Assembly: GCF_030813915.1 (NCBI RefSeq)
Contig: NZ_JAUSUJ010000023.1
Span: 46,823-110,822 of the forward strand
Direction of reading: 5' to 3'
DNA length: 64,000 bases
Source: Rhodoplanes tepidamans
Lineage (GTDB): Bacteria; Pseudomonadota; Alphaproteobacteria; Rhizobiales; Xanthobacteraceae
The stretch's first letter is position 1. Every line of letters begins with the position of its first letter. Under the pieces are notes generated by a model that was given only the letters and a program-made list of their open reading frames with translations, searched no databases and had not been told where the DNA came from. Made by a program: the position numbers and the translations under genes. Shown piece after piece: positions 43,592 to 53,038 of the stretch.

Positions 43592-45274
43592 ATGACTTCC
43601 GCCAGCGCCGGCGACTTCGCGAGCCATCTCGTCCGTTCCGGCCGCATCGCGGACCCGCAGGCGGACGTCGCCGCGGCCGATGCCGGCGCTCCGAGCCTGC
43701 GCCGGCTGTGGGAGGCGAGCGATCTCGGCGCCGGCGACTTCGCCGACGCGGTGGCGCAGTTCTTCGCGCTTCCCCGCATCGCCCTGCCGGTCCTGATGGC
43801 GGCGCCGCCGCTGACCCGGGCGTTCTCGCCGCGCTTCCTGCGCGAGCTCGCAGTGTTCCCCTATCGCGCCGCGGACGGCGGCGCCTGCCTCGCCGTCGCC
43901 GATCCGACCGACACGGCCGGGCCGCGCGCCGCCGAGATCGTGCTCGGCGGTCCGGTGGCGCTCGCGGTCGCCTCCTTCGAGGACGTCGCCACCGTGCTGG
44001 CCGAGCGGCTCGGCGAGGACGAGCCGACGGCCGCGCCGGATCTCCAGGCGCCGGCGGCCGGCCGGGCCGCCGACGACATCGACAGCCTGCGCGACCTCGC
44101 CAGCGGCGCTCCGGTGGTGCGCGCCGTCGACGGCCTGTTCGAGAAGGCCGTGGAGCTGCGCGCCAGCGACATCCACATCGGCCCGTTCCGCACCGGCCTC
44201 GAGGTGCGCATGCGGGTCGACGGCCTGCTGCGCCCGGTGCCGGCGCCCGCCGGGGTGCTGCCGCAGGCGATCATCTCGCGCATCAAGATCCTCGCCGGCC
44301 TCGACATCGCCGAGCGGCGCCTGCCGCAGGACGGCGCGGCGCGGCTGCGGCTCGGCCGCGACGAGCTCGACGTGCGTGTCGCCATCATGCCGACCCAGCA
44401 CGGCGAATCCGCCGTCATCCGCCTGCTGCCGCGCGACCGCGGCCTCTTGTCGATCGACCGGCTCGGGCTTCTGGCCGCCGACCGGGCGACGCTCACCCGG
44501 CTGCTCGACCTGCCGCACGGCATGATCGTCGTCACCGGACCGACCGGCAGCGGGAAGACGACGACGCTCGCCACCATGCTGTCGATCCTCAACGAGCCGA
44601 CCCGCAAGATCCTGACGATCGAGGATCCGGTCGAGTACGAGATTCGCGGCATCTACCAGTCGCAGGTGAAGCCTTCGATCGGCCTCACCTTCGCGGCGGC
44701 GCTGCGCGCCTTCGTGCGCCAGGACCCGGACGTGATCATGGTCGGCGAGGTGCGCGACCCGGAGACCGCCCACATCGCCGTCCACGCCGCCCTCACCGGC
44801 CATCTGGTGCTGACCACGCTGCACACCGACACGGCCGCCGCCGCGGTGCCGCGCCTGCTCGATCTCGGGGTCGAGAGCTTCCTCTTGAAGTCGACGCTGC
44901 GGGCCGTGGTCGCCCAGCGCCTGGTGCGCCAGCTCTGCGACCGCTGCAAGCGGCCCCGCACCCTCGCGGCGGCCGACATCGCCGCCGACCCGCGCTTCGC
45001 CGCGCTCGGATTCGCGGCCGGAGACACCGTGCACGAGCCGGTCGGCTGCGAGCGCTGCGCCGGCGCCGGCTATCGCGGGCGCGTCGGCGTGTTCGAGATC
45101 CTGACGCTCTCCGACGCCATCCGCGAGCAGATCGACCGCAGCGCGGGCGCCGGCGCCCTCGACCGGGCGGCGATCACGGCCGGCATGACCACCATGCTGG
45201 ACGACGGCATCGCCAAGTGCCGGGCCGGCCTCACCTCGCCCGCCGAGGTGCTGCGGGTCACCACGGTGCGCTGA
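43592..45274 (+). CDS. gspE: Type II secretion ATPase GspE
   Basis: Walker A GPTGSGKTT; Asp and His boxes; C-terminal CxxC...CxxC. Confidence 0.9.
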   Translation: MTSASAGDFASHLVRSGRIADPQADVAAADAGAPSLRRLWEASDLGAGDFADAVAQFFALPRIALPVLMAAPPLTRAFSPRFLRELAVFPYRAADGGACLAVADPTDTAGPRAAEIVLGGPVALAVASFEDVATVLAERLGEDEPTAAPDLQAPAAGRAADDIDSLRDLASGAPVVRAVDGLFEKAVELRASDIHIGPFRTGLEVRMRVDGLLRPVPAPAGVLPQAIISRIKILAGLDIAERRLPQDGAARLRLGRDELDVRVAIMPTQHGESAVIRLLPRDRGLLSIDRLGLLAADRATLTRLLDLPHGMIVVTGPTGSGKTTTLATMLSILNEPTRKILTIEDPVEYEIRGIYQSQVKPSIGLTFAAALRAFVRQDPDVIMVGEVRDPETAHIAVHAALTGHLVLTTLHTDTAAAAVPRLLDLGVESFLLKSTLRAVVAQRLVRQLCDRCKRPRTLAAADIAADPRFAALGFAAGDTVHEPVGCERCAGAGYRGRVGVFEILTLSDAIREQIDRSAGAGALDRAAITAGMTTMLDDGIAKCRAGLTSPAEVLRVTTVR

Positions 45275-45278
45275 GCCG

Positions 45279-46502
45279 ATGCCGAACTTCCACTACCGCG
45301 CCCTGACGCAGACCGGCGAGCTGGTGACCGGGACGATCGCCGCCCCGAACGCCGCCGAGGTGGCGCAGCGCATCGAGTTCCTCGGGCTCGTGCCGATCGA
45401 GACGGCGGCCGGAGCCGAGGCGGCGGCGGGCCCCCGCCTCGACCTGTCGCTCGCCGCCCTGACGAGCCGCCCGCGTCCGGCCGACGTGACGGTGTTCACC
45501 CGCGACCTCGCCTTGCTGCTGCGCGCCGGCGCGCGGCTCGACGACGCGCTGGAGCTGCTCGCCGGCGACGCCGATCTCGGCCGCATGCGCCCGGTGGTCG
45601 GCAGGATCCGCGCCGGCGTCCTGTCGGGCGAGACCTTCGCAGATGCCATCGCGGCGCATCCGGCCCTGTTCCCGCCCGTCTATGTCGCCCTGGTGCGGGT
45701 CGGCGAGGCGTCGGGCACGCTCGACACCACGCTCGAGCAGCTCGCGGCCGAACGGGCCCGCGCCGAGGCGCTGCGCAAGACCCTCGCCGAGGCCCTACAG
45801 TACCCGGCCTTCATCCTGGTCGCGGCCGGCGGCGTGCTGGTGTTCTTCCTCCTGTTCGTGCTGCCGCAGTTCTCCACCGTGCTGCGCGACATGGGGGCGA
45901 AGCTCGATCCGGCCGTCGAGGCGATCCTCGATCTCTCCGATCTCCTGCAGGCCCACACGGCCGAGGTCGCCGCCGCGACCGTCCTGATGCCGCTCGCCTC
46001 CTGGCTGGTGCTGCGCCGGCCCGGCGCCCGCGTCGCACTGCTCGGCGCCGCCGCGCGGCTGCCCGGCGTGCGCACGATCCTCTCGTTCCGGCGCGCCGCC
46101 GTGTTCTGCCGCAACCTCGGCATCCTGCTCGGCAACGGCGTCACGCTGACGGCGGCGCTGCGCATCATCGTCGAGGTGATGGCGACCGGCGACGGCGCCG
46201 CGGTGTGGAGCGCCGCCGCCGACAAGGTGCGCCACGGCGGCCGCCTGTCGGAGGCGCTCGCCGCCGGCGGCGCCCTGCCCGCCATGGCGGTGCGCATGCT
46301 GCGCCTCGGCGAGGAGACCGGGCAGCTGGCGTTGCTCGCCGGCCGCATCGCCGACTTTTACGAGGCCAAGCTGCAGGCGGCGCTCGCGCGGGTCGTCGGC
46401 ATCGTCGGCCCACTCGCCATCGTCACCATCAGCGTGGTCGTCGGCGGACTGATCGTGTCGGTCATGACCGCGCTCCTGTCGGTCAGCCAGAGCATCGGAT
46501 GA
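45279..46502 (+). CDS. gspF: Type II secretion inner-membrane platform protein GspF
   Basis: 407 aa; typical GspF N-terminus. Confidence 0.9.
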   Translation: MPNFHYRALTQTGELVTGTIAAPNAAEVAQRIEFLGLVPIETAAGAEAAAGPRLDLSLAALTSRPRPADVTVFTRDLALLLRAGARLDDALELLAGDADLGRMRPVVGRIRAGVLSGETFADAIAAHPALFPPVYVALVRVGEASGTLDTTLEQLAAERARAEALRKTLAEALQYPAFILVAAGGVLVFFLLFVLPQFSTVLRDMGAKLDPAVEAILDLSDLLQAHTAEVAAATVLMPLASWLVLRRPGARVALLGAAARLPGVRTILSFRRAAVFCRNLGILLGNGVTLTAALRIIVEVMATGDGAAVWSAAADKVRHGGRLSEALAAGGALPAMAVRMLRLGEETGQLALLAGRIADFYEAKLQAALARVVGIVGPLAIVTISVVVGGLIVSVMTALLSVSQSIG

Positions 46503-46993
46503 AAGCAGTGCAACGGAACGGAGTCATGGAATCCACGTTCTCACCGGCCCGCGCGCGGCCGATCCGCCGGCGGCGCCGCCGCGGCCAGGAGGGCTACACG
46601 CTGGTGGAGCTCCTGGTGGTGATCACCATCATCGGCCTGATCGTCGCCCTGGTCGGGCCCCGGGTGCTGAACTATCTCGGCGACTCCAAGGTCAAGACCG
46701 CGAAGATCCAGATCCAGGGCTTCGCCAGCGCGCTCGACCTCTTCTATCTCGACACCGGCCGCTACCCGATGAGCCAGGAGGGTCTCGGCGCGCTCGTCCA
46801 GCGCACCGCCGGGACCGCCAACTGGAACGGCCCCTATCTCAAGGGCGGCACCGTGCCGGCCGACCCCTGGGGCAAGCCCTATGTCTACCGGTCGCCCAGC
46901 GACCACGGACCCTACGACATCGTCTCCCTCGGATCGGACGGGCAGGAAGGTGGCAGCGGAACCGCGGCCGACATCACCAGCTGGACGCGCTGA
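46499..46993 (+). CDS. gspG: Major pseudopilin GspG with an unusually long Arg-rich leader
   Basis: G|YTLVELLVVITIIGLI with Glu at +5; start ATG overlaps the gspF stop (ATGA). Confidence 0.85.
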   Translation: MKAVQRNGVMESTFSPARARPIRRRRRRGQEGYTLVELLVVITIIGLIVALVGPRVLNYLGDSKVKTAKIQIQGFASALDLFYLDTGRYPMSQEGLGALVQRTAGTANWNGPYLKGGTVPADPWGKPYVYRSPSDHGPYDIVSLGSDGQEGGSGTAADITSWTR

Positions 46994-47462
46994 GCCCGGC
47001 CGCATCCGCGGCGGCGCACAGGCCGGCTTCGGCCTCGTCGAGATCGTCGCCGTGGTGGCGATCGTCGCGGCGCTCGCCGCCCTGGCCCTGCCGCGGCTGC
47101 CGCTCGGCACCTCGACGCCGCGGCTCCAGGCCTACGCGGTCGAGGCGGCGGCGCTGCTGCGGGCCGACCGCACCGCCGCCATGCGGCGCCGGCGGCCGGT
47201 CGCGACCGAGGTGAACGCGGCGGCGCGCGCCCTGCGCTCCGGCGCCACTGGGCGGATCCTTCGCCTGCCCCGCGACGTGCGGATGCAGGCGATGCTGCCG
47301 CAGCGCTGCGCCGGCCGGCCGGCGCTGTCGAGCATCGGCTTCCTGCCGTCCGGCCTGTCGTGCGGCGGGGCGGTCGTTCTGTCGCGCGACGGGGTCGGAT
47401 TCGAGGTGCGGGTGAACTGGCTGACCGGAGGGGTCGAGATTGTCCCGCGTCACAGCGCGTGA
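46950..47462 (+). CDS. gspH: GspH-like minor pseudopilin (start uncertain; GTG inside the 3' end of gspG)
   Basis: Prepilin motif QAG|FGLVEIVAVVAIVAALAAL; no in-frame start codon between the gspG stop and the motif. Confidence 0.5.
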   Translation: MAAEPRPTSPAGRAEPGRIRGGAQAGFGLVEIVAVVAIVAALAALALPRLPLGTSTPRLQAYAVEAAALLRADRTAAMRRRRPVATEVNAAARALRSGATGRILRLPRDVRMQAMLPQRCAGRPALSSIGFLPSGLSCGGAVVLSRDGVGFEVRVNWLTGGVEIVPRHSA

Positions 47463-47841
47463 GCGGCGGCGCCGCCGCGGCTTCACGCTGATCGAGGTGC
47501 TGGTGGCGCTCGCCGTGGTGGCCGCCGCGCTCGCCGCGATCGGCGGCGTGGTCGCCGCCAACGCGCGCGCGACGCGGACCGTCGAGGCACGGGTGGCCCT
47601 GGAGCAGACGGCGCGCGCCGTCCTGGCCGGCCTGCCGCCGCGCCGCGACCTCGCCGCCGGCGGCCTGGACGGCGAGCTCGCCGGCCATCGCTGGCGCACG
47701 GAGGTCCGGCCGCTCGCGTCCGACGGGGTGCCCGCCGGCTCGCCGTGGGAGGCGAAGGACGTGATCGTGACGGTGCGCGGCCCGTCCGGCGCGACGCTGG
47801 TGCTGGAGACCGTGCGGCTGACCCGGAGGCCGACCGAATGA
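47440..47841 (+). CDS. gspI: GspI minor pseudopilin (TTG start)
   Basis: RRG|FTLIEVLVALAVVAAAL. Confidence 0.7.
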   Translation: MSRVTARERRRRRGFTLIEVLVALAVVAAALAAIGGVVAANARATRTVEARVALEQTARAVLAGLPPRRDLAAGGLDGELAGHRWRTEVRPLASDGVPAGSPWEAKDVIVTVRGPSGATLVLETVRLTRRPTE

Positions 47842-48548
47842 GCCGGACGGCATCTGTCAGTCGGGCGGCGGAGGCCGGCTTCACGCTGGTCGAGGCGCTG
47901 GTCGCCACGGTCCTGATGGGCGTGGTGCTCGGCGCCCTCGCCACCGTGACGGCGCAGTGGCTGCCCGGCTGGAACCGCGGCCTCGTCCGGGTCCAGCGCG
48001 CCGAGCAGGTCGCGCTGGCGATGGACCGCGTCGTCGCCGACCTCGCCGCCGCCGAGATGGTTCCGCGCGACCGCGAGAGCAAGGCGCCGCTGTTCGAGGG
48101 GACCGCGCTCGCCGTCACGGTCGTGCGCACCGCGCTCGGGCCCAACGCCCGGCCGGGCCTGGAGATCGTGCGGATCGCCGCGGCGGGCCACGGGCTGGCG
48201 CTCGCGCGCAGCGCCGCGCCCTACCTGCCGCGCGATCCGGAGGACCTGCCGCCGCGCTTCTTCGACGCGGTGCCGCTGCTCGGCGCGCCGTACCGCGTGT
48301 CGTTCTCCTATGCGGGGCGCGACGGCGTCTGGCAGGCCGAGTGGATCGACATGAAGGAGCTGCCGCGGGCCGTGCGGGTGGTGGTGCGCGACGGTACCAG
48401 CGGCCGCGCCCTCGCCGCCTCGACCGTCGCGCCGATCCGGGCCGAGCTGCGCGCCGAATGCGTGGTGGAGACGACGGCCGAGGGCTGCGGCCCCCGCCCG
48501 GCGGCGCCGGCCGCCGCGACGACCGACACGGGAGTGCCGACCCGATGA
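47838..48548 (+). CDS. gspJ: GspJ-like minor pseudopilin
   Basis: AG|FTLVEALVATVLMGVVLGAL; ATGA overlap with gspI. Confidence 0.7.
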   Translation: MSRTASVSRAAEAGFTLVEALVATVLMGVVLGALATVTAQWLPGWNRGLVRVQRAEQVALAMDRVVADLAAAEMVPRDRESKAPLFEGTALAVTVVRTALGPNARPGLEIVRIAAAGHGLALARSAAPYLPRDPEDLPPRFFDAVPLLGAPYRVSFSYAGRDGVWQAEWIDMKELPRAVRVVVRDGTSGRALAASTVAPIRAELRAECVVETTAEGCGPRPAAPAAATTDTGVPTR

Positions 48549-49432
48549 GCCGTGCGCGACCGAGCCCGACGTCCGGCGGCCCGTGCGACGGCTTCGTGCT
48601 GATCGCGGTGCTGTGGATCCTCGCCGCGCTGGCGACGCTCGTCACCATCTATTCGGTCCATGTCTCGGGCGCCGCGACCGCCGCAGCGGTGCGCGACGAG
48701 GCGCTGCTCGCCCGCGCGCTCGCCACCGCCGGCGTCGAGCTCGCCGCTCAGCGGCTGGCCGCCGTGCCGAAGGAGGTCCGTCCGACCCGCGGCGACCTGG
48801 CGTTTCGCCGGGGCCGGGCCCGGGTGCTCGCCACCTTCGTCAACGAGGCCGCCCGCATCGACCTCAACGCCGCGCCGAAGGAGCTGCTCGCCGGCCTCTT
48901 CGTCGTCCTCGGCGCGCAGCCCGACGACGCCGACACCTATGCCGAACGGATCGTCGCGTGGCGTGCGCCCTCCGGCGACGCGACGCTGGAGCGCGAACGC
49001 TCGCGCTATCGCGAGGCCGGCCTCGACCACGGCCCGCGCGGCAAGCCGTTCGTGCACGCCGACGAGCTGTGGCTGGTGCTCGGCATCCCGCCGGCCCTGA
49101 TCGAGCAGGCGCTGCCGCATCTCACCATCTACGGCGGCCGGCCCGACGTGCTGGCGCGCGACGCCGATCCGGTCGTGCTCGCCGCCCTGCCGGGCGAGAC
49201 GCCGGACGGGCCGGCCGGCAATGCCCCGCCGCTCCGGCGCGGCACCACGCCGGAGGGCGGCGACGCCGTCCGCGTGACGGTGCGGATCGACTTCGACCGT
49301 GGCGGCACCCGGGCCGCCGAGGCCGTGATCCTGGTGCGCGACTTCGGCGACGATCCCTACCGGGTGCTGACCTGGCGCGACGACCTCGACACGCCGCCGC
49401 CGCTGCGTCCGCCGCAGGAGACCCGACGATGA
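48545..49432 (+). CDS. gspK: GspK
   Basis: GFVLIAVLWILAALATLV N-terminus; ATGA overlap with gspJ. Confidence 0.7.
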   Translation: MSRARPSPTSGGPCDGFVLIAVLWILAALATLVTIYSVHVSGAATAAAVRDEALLARALATAGVELAAQRLAAVPKEVRPTRGDLAFRRGRARVLATFVNEAARIDLNAAPKELLAGLFVVLGAQPDDADTYAERIVAWRAPSGDATLERERSRYREAGLDHGPRGKPFVHADELWLVLGIPPALIEQALPHLTIYGGRPDVLARDADPVVLAALPGETPDGPAGNAPPLRRGTTPEGGDAVRVTVRIDFDRGGTRAAEAVILVRDFGDDPYRVLTWRDDLDTPPPLRPPQETRR

Positions 49433-50484
49433 GCCGCAGCCTGCTCGACCGCTTCTCGGCCTGGATCGACACGGTCGCCGGCGCGCTCGTCGGCGCCGCC
49501 GGGCGGCTCGGCCGACGTCGCAGCGTGACGCTGGTCGAGACCGAGCCCGGCCGCTTCGTCATGGCCGGTGCGGACGCGGCGGACTCCGGTGCGGCCGCGC
49601 CGATCCGGCTCGACGACGGCGGTCGCCTGCCCGCCGGGGTCGCCGCCCGGATCGCCGGCCGCGCGGTCGCGCTCGAGCTCGCTCGCGGGCGCTTCCTGTT
49701 CCGGCCGCTCGACCTGCCGCGCCAGGCGGCGGCGTTCCTGGACGGCATCGTGCGGGCCCAGCTCGACCGCCTGACGCCGTGGCACGCCGGCGACGCCGTC
49801 TACGGCTGGACGCCGCCGGCCGAGGCGGCAGGCGAGCGCATCGCGCTCACCGTGGCGGCGACGGCCCGCACCGGCATCGCGCCGCTGCTCGACGCGCTGA
49901 CGCGAGAGGGCGCCCGGACCATCGTCGTCGCGGTCCGGCCGGACGACGCGGCGGCGCCCGTGCGGGTGCTGGAGCACGCCCTGCCCGGCCGGATCGGCAT
50001 CGCGCAGGTGCGGCGAGCGCTCCTCGCCGTGCTGATCGCGGCGGCGCTCGCCGCCGTCGCGGCGACGCTGGCCGAGCAGATCGTCGGGGCCGACCTCGAC
50101 GCCTCCCGGGCCGACCTCGACCGCCGCATCGCGGCGCGCCGCATCGCCCTCCTCGCGGCGCGCGGCGGCGGCGACGCGGCGACCGCCGCGGTGCGGGCGC
50201 TGGAGCAGCGCAAGCACGACGGCGCTCCGACCGTGCTGGTGCTGGAGGCGCTGTCGCGCGCCCTGCCCGACCACACCTTCGTCACCGAGATGCACATCGA
50301 GGGCGACAAGGTGCAGGTGATGGGCCTGTCGCGGGATGCGCCGGCGCTGATCCGGCTGCTCGAGCAGTCGTCGAACTTCACCCGCGCAACCTTCTACGCG
50401 CCGACCACCCGGGCCGCCGAGGATCCGGGCGAGCGCTTCCACATCGAGGCGCGCATCCGGGCGCCGATCGAGGTGACGCCGTGA
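49429..50484 (+). CDS. gspL: GspL-like
   Basis: 351 aa; position and topology (cytoplasmic domain, TM, periplasmic domain); ATGA overlap with gspK. Confidence 0.65.
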   Translation: MSRSLLDRFSAWIDTVAGALVGAAGRLGRRRSVTLVETEPGRFVMAGADAADSGAAAPIRLDDGGRLPAGVAARIAGRAVALELARGRFLFRPLDLPRQAAAFLDGIVRAQLDRLTPWHAGDAVYGWTPPAEAAGERIALTVAATARTGIAPLLDALTREGARTIVVAVRPDDAAAPVRVLEHALPGRIGIAQVRRALLAVLIAAALAAVAATLAEQIVGADLDASRADLDRRIAARRIALLAARGGGDAATAAVRALEQRKHDGAPTVLVLEALSRALPDHTFVTEMHIEGDKVQVMGLSRDAPALIRLLEQSSNFTRATFYAPTTRAAEDPGERFHIEARIRAPIEVTP

Positions 50485-51065
50485 CCCCGCAGCCAGCCTC
50501 CGTCCGCACCCCCGTCGTCCCGCCGCGCGTGCCGCCCGGCCGCGCCGCTCTCGCCGTGCTGGCCTATGCGGCCGCGGTGGCACTGCTGGTCCAGCTCGCC
50601 TGGGGCGCCGTCACCGATCTCGTCGCCCGGCAGGCCGCGGTGGCGGCCGCCGCCGACATTCTCGACCGGCTGGAGGGCCGGCGGTCCGCACCGCCCGCGA
50701 GCGCCGGGATGCCGGCCGGCCTGCGCCGCGGATCGCCCTTTCTCGAAGGGCCGACCGTGACGGTCGCCGGAGCCGGGCTGATGCAGCGGGTGTCGGAGGC
50801 CGTCGCCCGCTTCGACGGCCGCATCCTGTCGTCGCGGGTGGAGCTCCAGGGCACGCCGCTCGGCGCCGGCTTCCTCGGCGTCACGACGAACCTGGAGATC
50901 GGTCAGGCGGATTTCCAGTCGCTCCTCTACGAGATCGAGGCCGGCCTGCCGTTCCTGTTCGTCGACCAGCTGGTGGCGCAGGCGCCGGCGACCGCGGCCG
51001 AGGCGCAGGACGGCCGCCTGCGGGTGCTGATGACGGTCTACGGCCAGTGGCAGGGCGCACGATGA
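50481..51065 (+). CDS. gspM: GspM-like (GTG start overlapping the gspL stop)
   Basis: 194 aa; N-terminal TM; position. Confidence 0.6.
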   Translation: MTPQPASVRTPVVPPRVPPGRAALAVLAYAAAVALLVQLAWGAVTDLVARQAAVAAAADILDRLEGRRSAPPASAGMPAGLRRGSPFLEGPTVTVAGAGLMQRVSEAVARFDGRILSSRVELQGTPLGAGFLGVTTNLEIGQADFQSLLYEIEAGLPFLFVDQLVAQAPATAAEAQDGRLRVLMTVYGQWQGAR

Positions 51066-51733
51066 CCCGGGCCCGACGCCTCCTCGCCGCGATCGCCGGC
51101 CTCGCCCTGGCCGGCACCGCCGTGCTGTCGCTCGCCGCGCCATCGCCCGCCGATCTCGACCCGGGCGAGCGGCGCACCGGCGTCGTCGACATCGCGCCGC
51201 CGGCGGTGCGGGCCGACGGCGCACCGGGACGCCCCGCCGAGGCGGAGCCGCCGGCGCGGCACGGCAACCCGCTGTGGGCGATCCCGCTGGAGACGCTGAC
51301 GGAGACGCGCGCGCGACCGCTGTTCTCGGCGAGCCGGCGGCCGCCGCCCCCGATCGTCGCGGCGGCGCCGCCGGCGCCTCCCGCGGCTCCGCCCCCGCCG
51401 GCGCCGAGTCCGCCGGCCCGGCCGCGCCTGGAGCTGATCGGCATCGTGGTCAACGCCCGCGGCGGCTTCGGCGTCTTCCTCGACCCGGCGGCCGGCGCCG
51501 TGGTGCGGCTGAAGACCGGCGAGGCGCACGACGGCTGGGTGCTGCGCTCGGTGAGCGGCCGCGACGTGATGCTGCAGAAGGAGCGCAGCAGCGCGGTGCT
51601 GACGCTGCCGGCGCGCGACGCCGAGTCGACGGCGCGCACGCCGACGCTCCGCCCGGCGACGAGCCCCGGCAAGCCCGTCGTCGTGGTGCCGCGCCGCCCG
51701 CCGCCCCTGATCGAGCCCTATCCGGACCACTGA
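51062..51733 (+). CDS. GspC/GspN-like T2SS component: N-terminal TM, Pro-rich linker, C-terminal beta-rich domain
   Basis: ATGA overlap with gspM; ELIGIVVNARGGFGVFLD...VRLKTGEAHDGWVLRSVSGRDVML resembles GspC-HR/PilP-like domains. Confidence 0.5.
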   Translation: MTRARRLLAAIAGLALAGTAVLSLAAPSPADLDPGERRTGVVDIAPPAVRADGAPGRPAEAEPPARHGNPLWAIPLETLTETRARPLFSASRRPPPPIVAAAPPAPPAAPPPPAPSPPARPRLELIGIVVNARGGFGVFLDPAAGAVVRLKTGEAHDGWVLRSVSGRDVMLQKERSSAVLTLPARDAESTARTPTLRPATSPGKPVVVVPRRPPPLIEPYPDH

Positions 51734-51857
51734 CCGCGGGATCGGATCGCAGTCATGCGGCGGTCATCCACCGCCGCCAGAGTGAACCGGCGCGTCGTGC
51801 ATCCCACCCTTCGGACGGGACGCGCCTCTCCGTTTCTCCAAACGTGCGGATGCCCCC

Positions 51858-52478
51858 GTGAGCCAGATCTTCGGTCTCTTCCCGACCCCGGTCATGCGGG
51901 TGGAGAAGCTCCTGGACGGCGAGCGCGTCGCCGCCGTCGTCGCCGAGATCGAAAACACCACGACGCTCGCCAACGCCTTCTCGGACCGGCTGTCGCACAC
52001 GCCGGTCGCGGCTGCCGACACGTCGGCGCTGTTCACCAGCCTCGGCGCCCTGGCGCTGCCCAAGGTGACCGAGTTCGGCGAGGTGCTGTTCGGCGAGCCG
52101 CTCGCGTGGCAGATCAAGGAGATCTGGGTCAACGTGCTGGAGCCCGGCGGCCGCCAGGCGATCCACACCCACGCCAACAGCTTCGTCTCGGGGGTGTTCT
52201 ATCTCACCTCGCCCGATCCCTCCGCCCGCCTGGTGTTCCACCGCAGCCTCGGCGGTTCGGGCTTCATCTTCGGCAACAACAACCCGAACGCCCGCATCAA
52301 CCAGTTCAACGGCGGCAAGTGGATGGTGCCGGAGATCGGCGCCGGCGACCTCGTGATGTTCCCGAGCTATCTGCTGCACGAGGTGCCGGTCAATCAGGGC
52401 GAGCGGCGCATCACCATCGCGTTCAACGCGATCCCCGACCGGCTCGACAATTTCGGCTACGCGATCCGCTTCGCGTGA
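51858..52478 (+). CDS. TIGR02466-like protein (putative 2OG-Fe(II) oxygenase superfamily)
   Basis: GTG start; AIHTHANSFVSGVFYL...MFPSYLLHEVPVN; ITIAFNA. Confidence 0.6.
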   Translation: MSQIFGLFPTPVMRVEKLLDGERVAAVVAEIENTTTLANAFSDRLSHTPVAAADTSALFTSLGALALPKVTEFGEVLFGEPLAWQIKEIWVNVLEPGGRQAIHTHANSFVSGVFYLTSPDPSARLVFHRSLGGSGFIFGNNNPNARINQFNGGKWMVPEIGAGDLVMFPSYLLHEVPVNQGERRITIAFNAIPDRLDNFGYAIRFA

Positions 52479-52540
52479 CGGCCGGCCGCCGGAACGACAC
52501 CGTGCAGACATACCCCCGACCAGACATACGGAGACCATCG

Positions 52541-53038
52541 ATGCGCATGCGCGGCCTGATCGCGGTCCTGCCGCTCCTCGGACTGATCGCCGTCACGACC
52601 GGCGAGGCCCGGGCCCAGTGCGCCTTCGACCAGTCCTATCCGAACGCCAACGACGTGCTCCAGGCCCTGCAGGAGCCGATCACGCTGCAGTTCTCGATCG
52701 AGATCGAGCTGAAGGACGTCCGGCTGTTCGACGAGGCCCGTGCCGAGTGGCCGATCGACTGGGTCCGCAGCCCCACCGAGGTCCGGGCCGCCGAGTTCCG
52801 GCCGCTGGAGCCGCTGCCGCCCGGCAACTACTCGATCGAGTGGAACGGCTATGTGCGCCGCCACTGGCATCCCGACGGCGGCTCGGTGCCGTTCACGATC
52901 GCATCGGCGGACGGCACCGCGACCGCGGCGCCGGTCAGCCCGGCGGCAGCGCCGACAGCAGGCGGCGTGCCTCGGGTCGGTCCGGCCTCGCCCTATCGAG
53001 CGCTTCTAGGAGCCGCCGCGCCACCGCCGGGTCGCTGA
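52541..53038 (+). CDS. CopC-like periplasmic protein (atypical; no His1)
   Basis: Signal peptide; EPITLQFSIEIELKDVRL...NYSIEWNGYVRRHWHPDGGSVPFTI is colinear with CopC beta-sandwich strands; the C-terminal tail overlaps the convergent gene. Confidence 0.5.
   Translation: MRMRGLIAVLPLLGLIAVTTGEARAQCAFDQSYPNANDVLQALQEPITLQFSIEIELKDVRLFDEARAEWPIDWVRSPTEVRAAEFRPLEPLPPGNYSIEWNGYVRRHWHPDGGSVPFTIASADGTATAAPVSPAAAPTAGGVPRVGPASPYRALLGAAAPPPGR

Noticed and set aside
43289-45034. 581-aa minus-strand ORF antisense to gspE
   Set aside because: No domain, Arg/Gly-rich, entirely antisense to a highly conserved ATPase gene.
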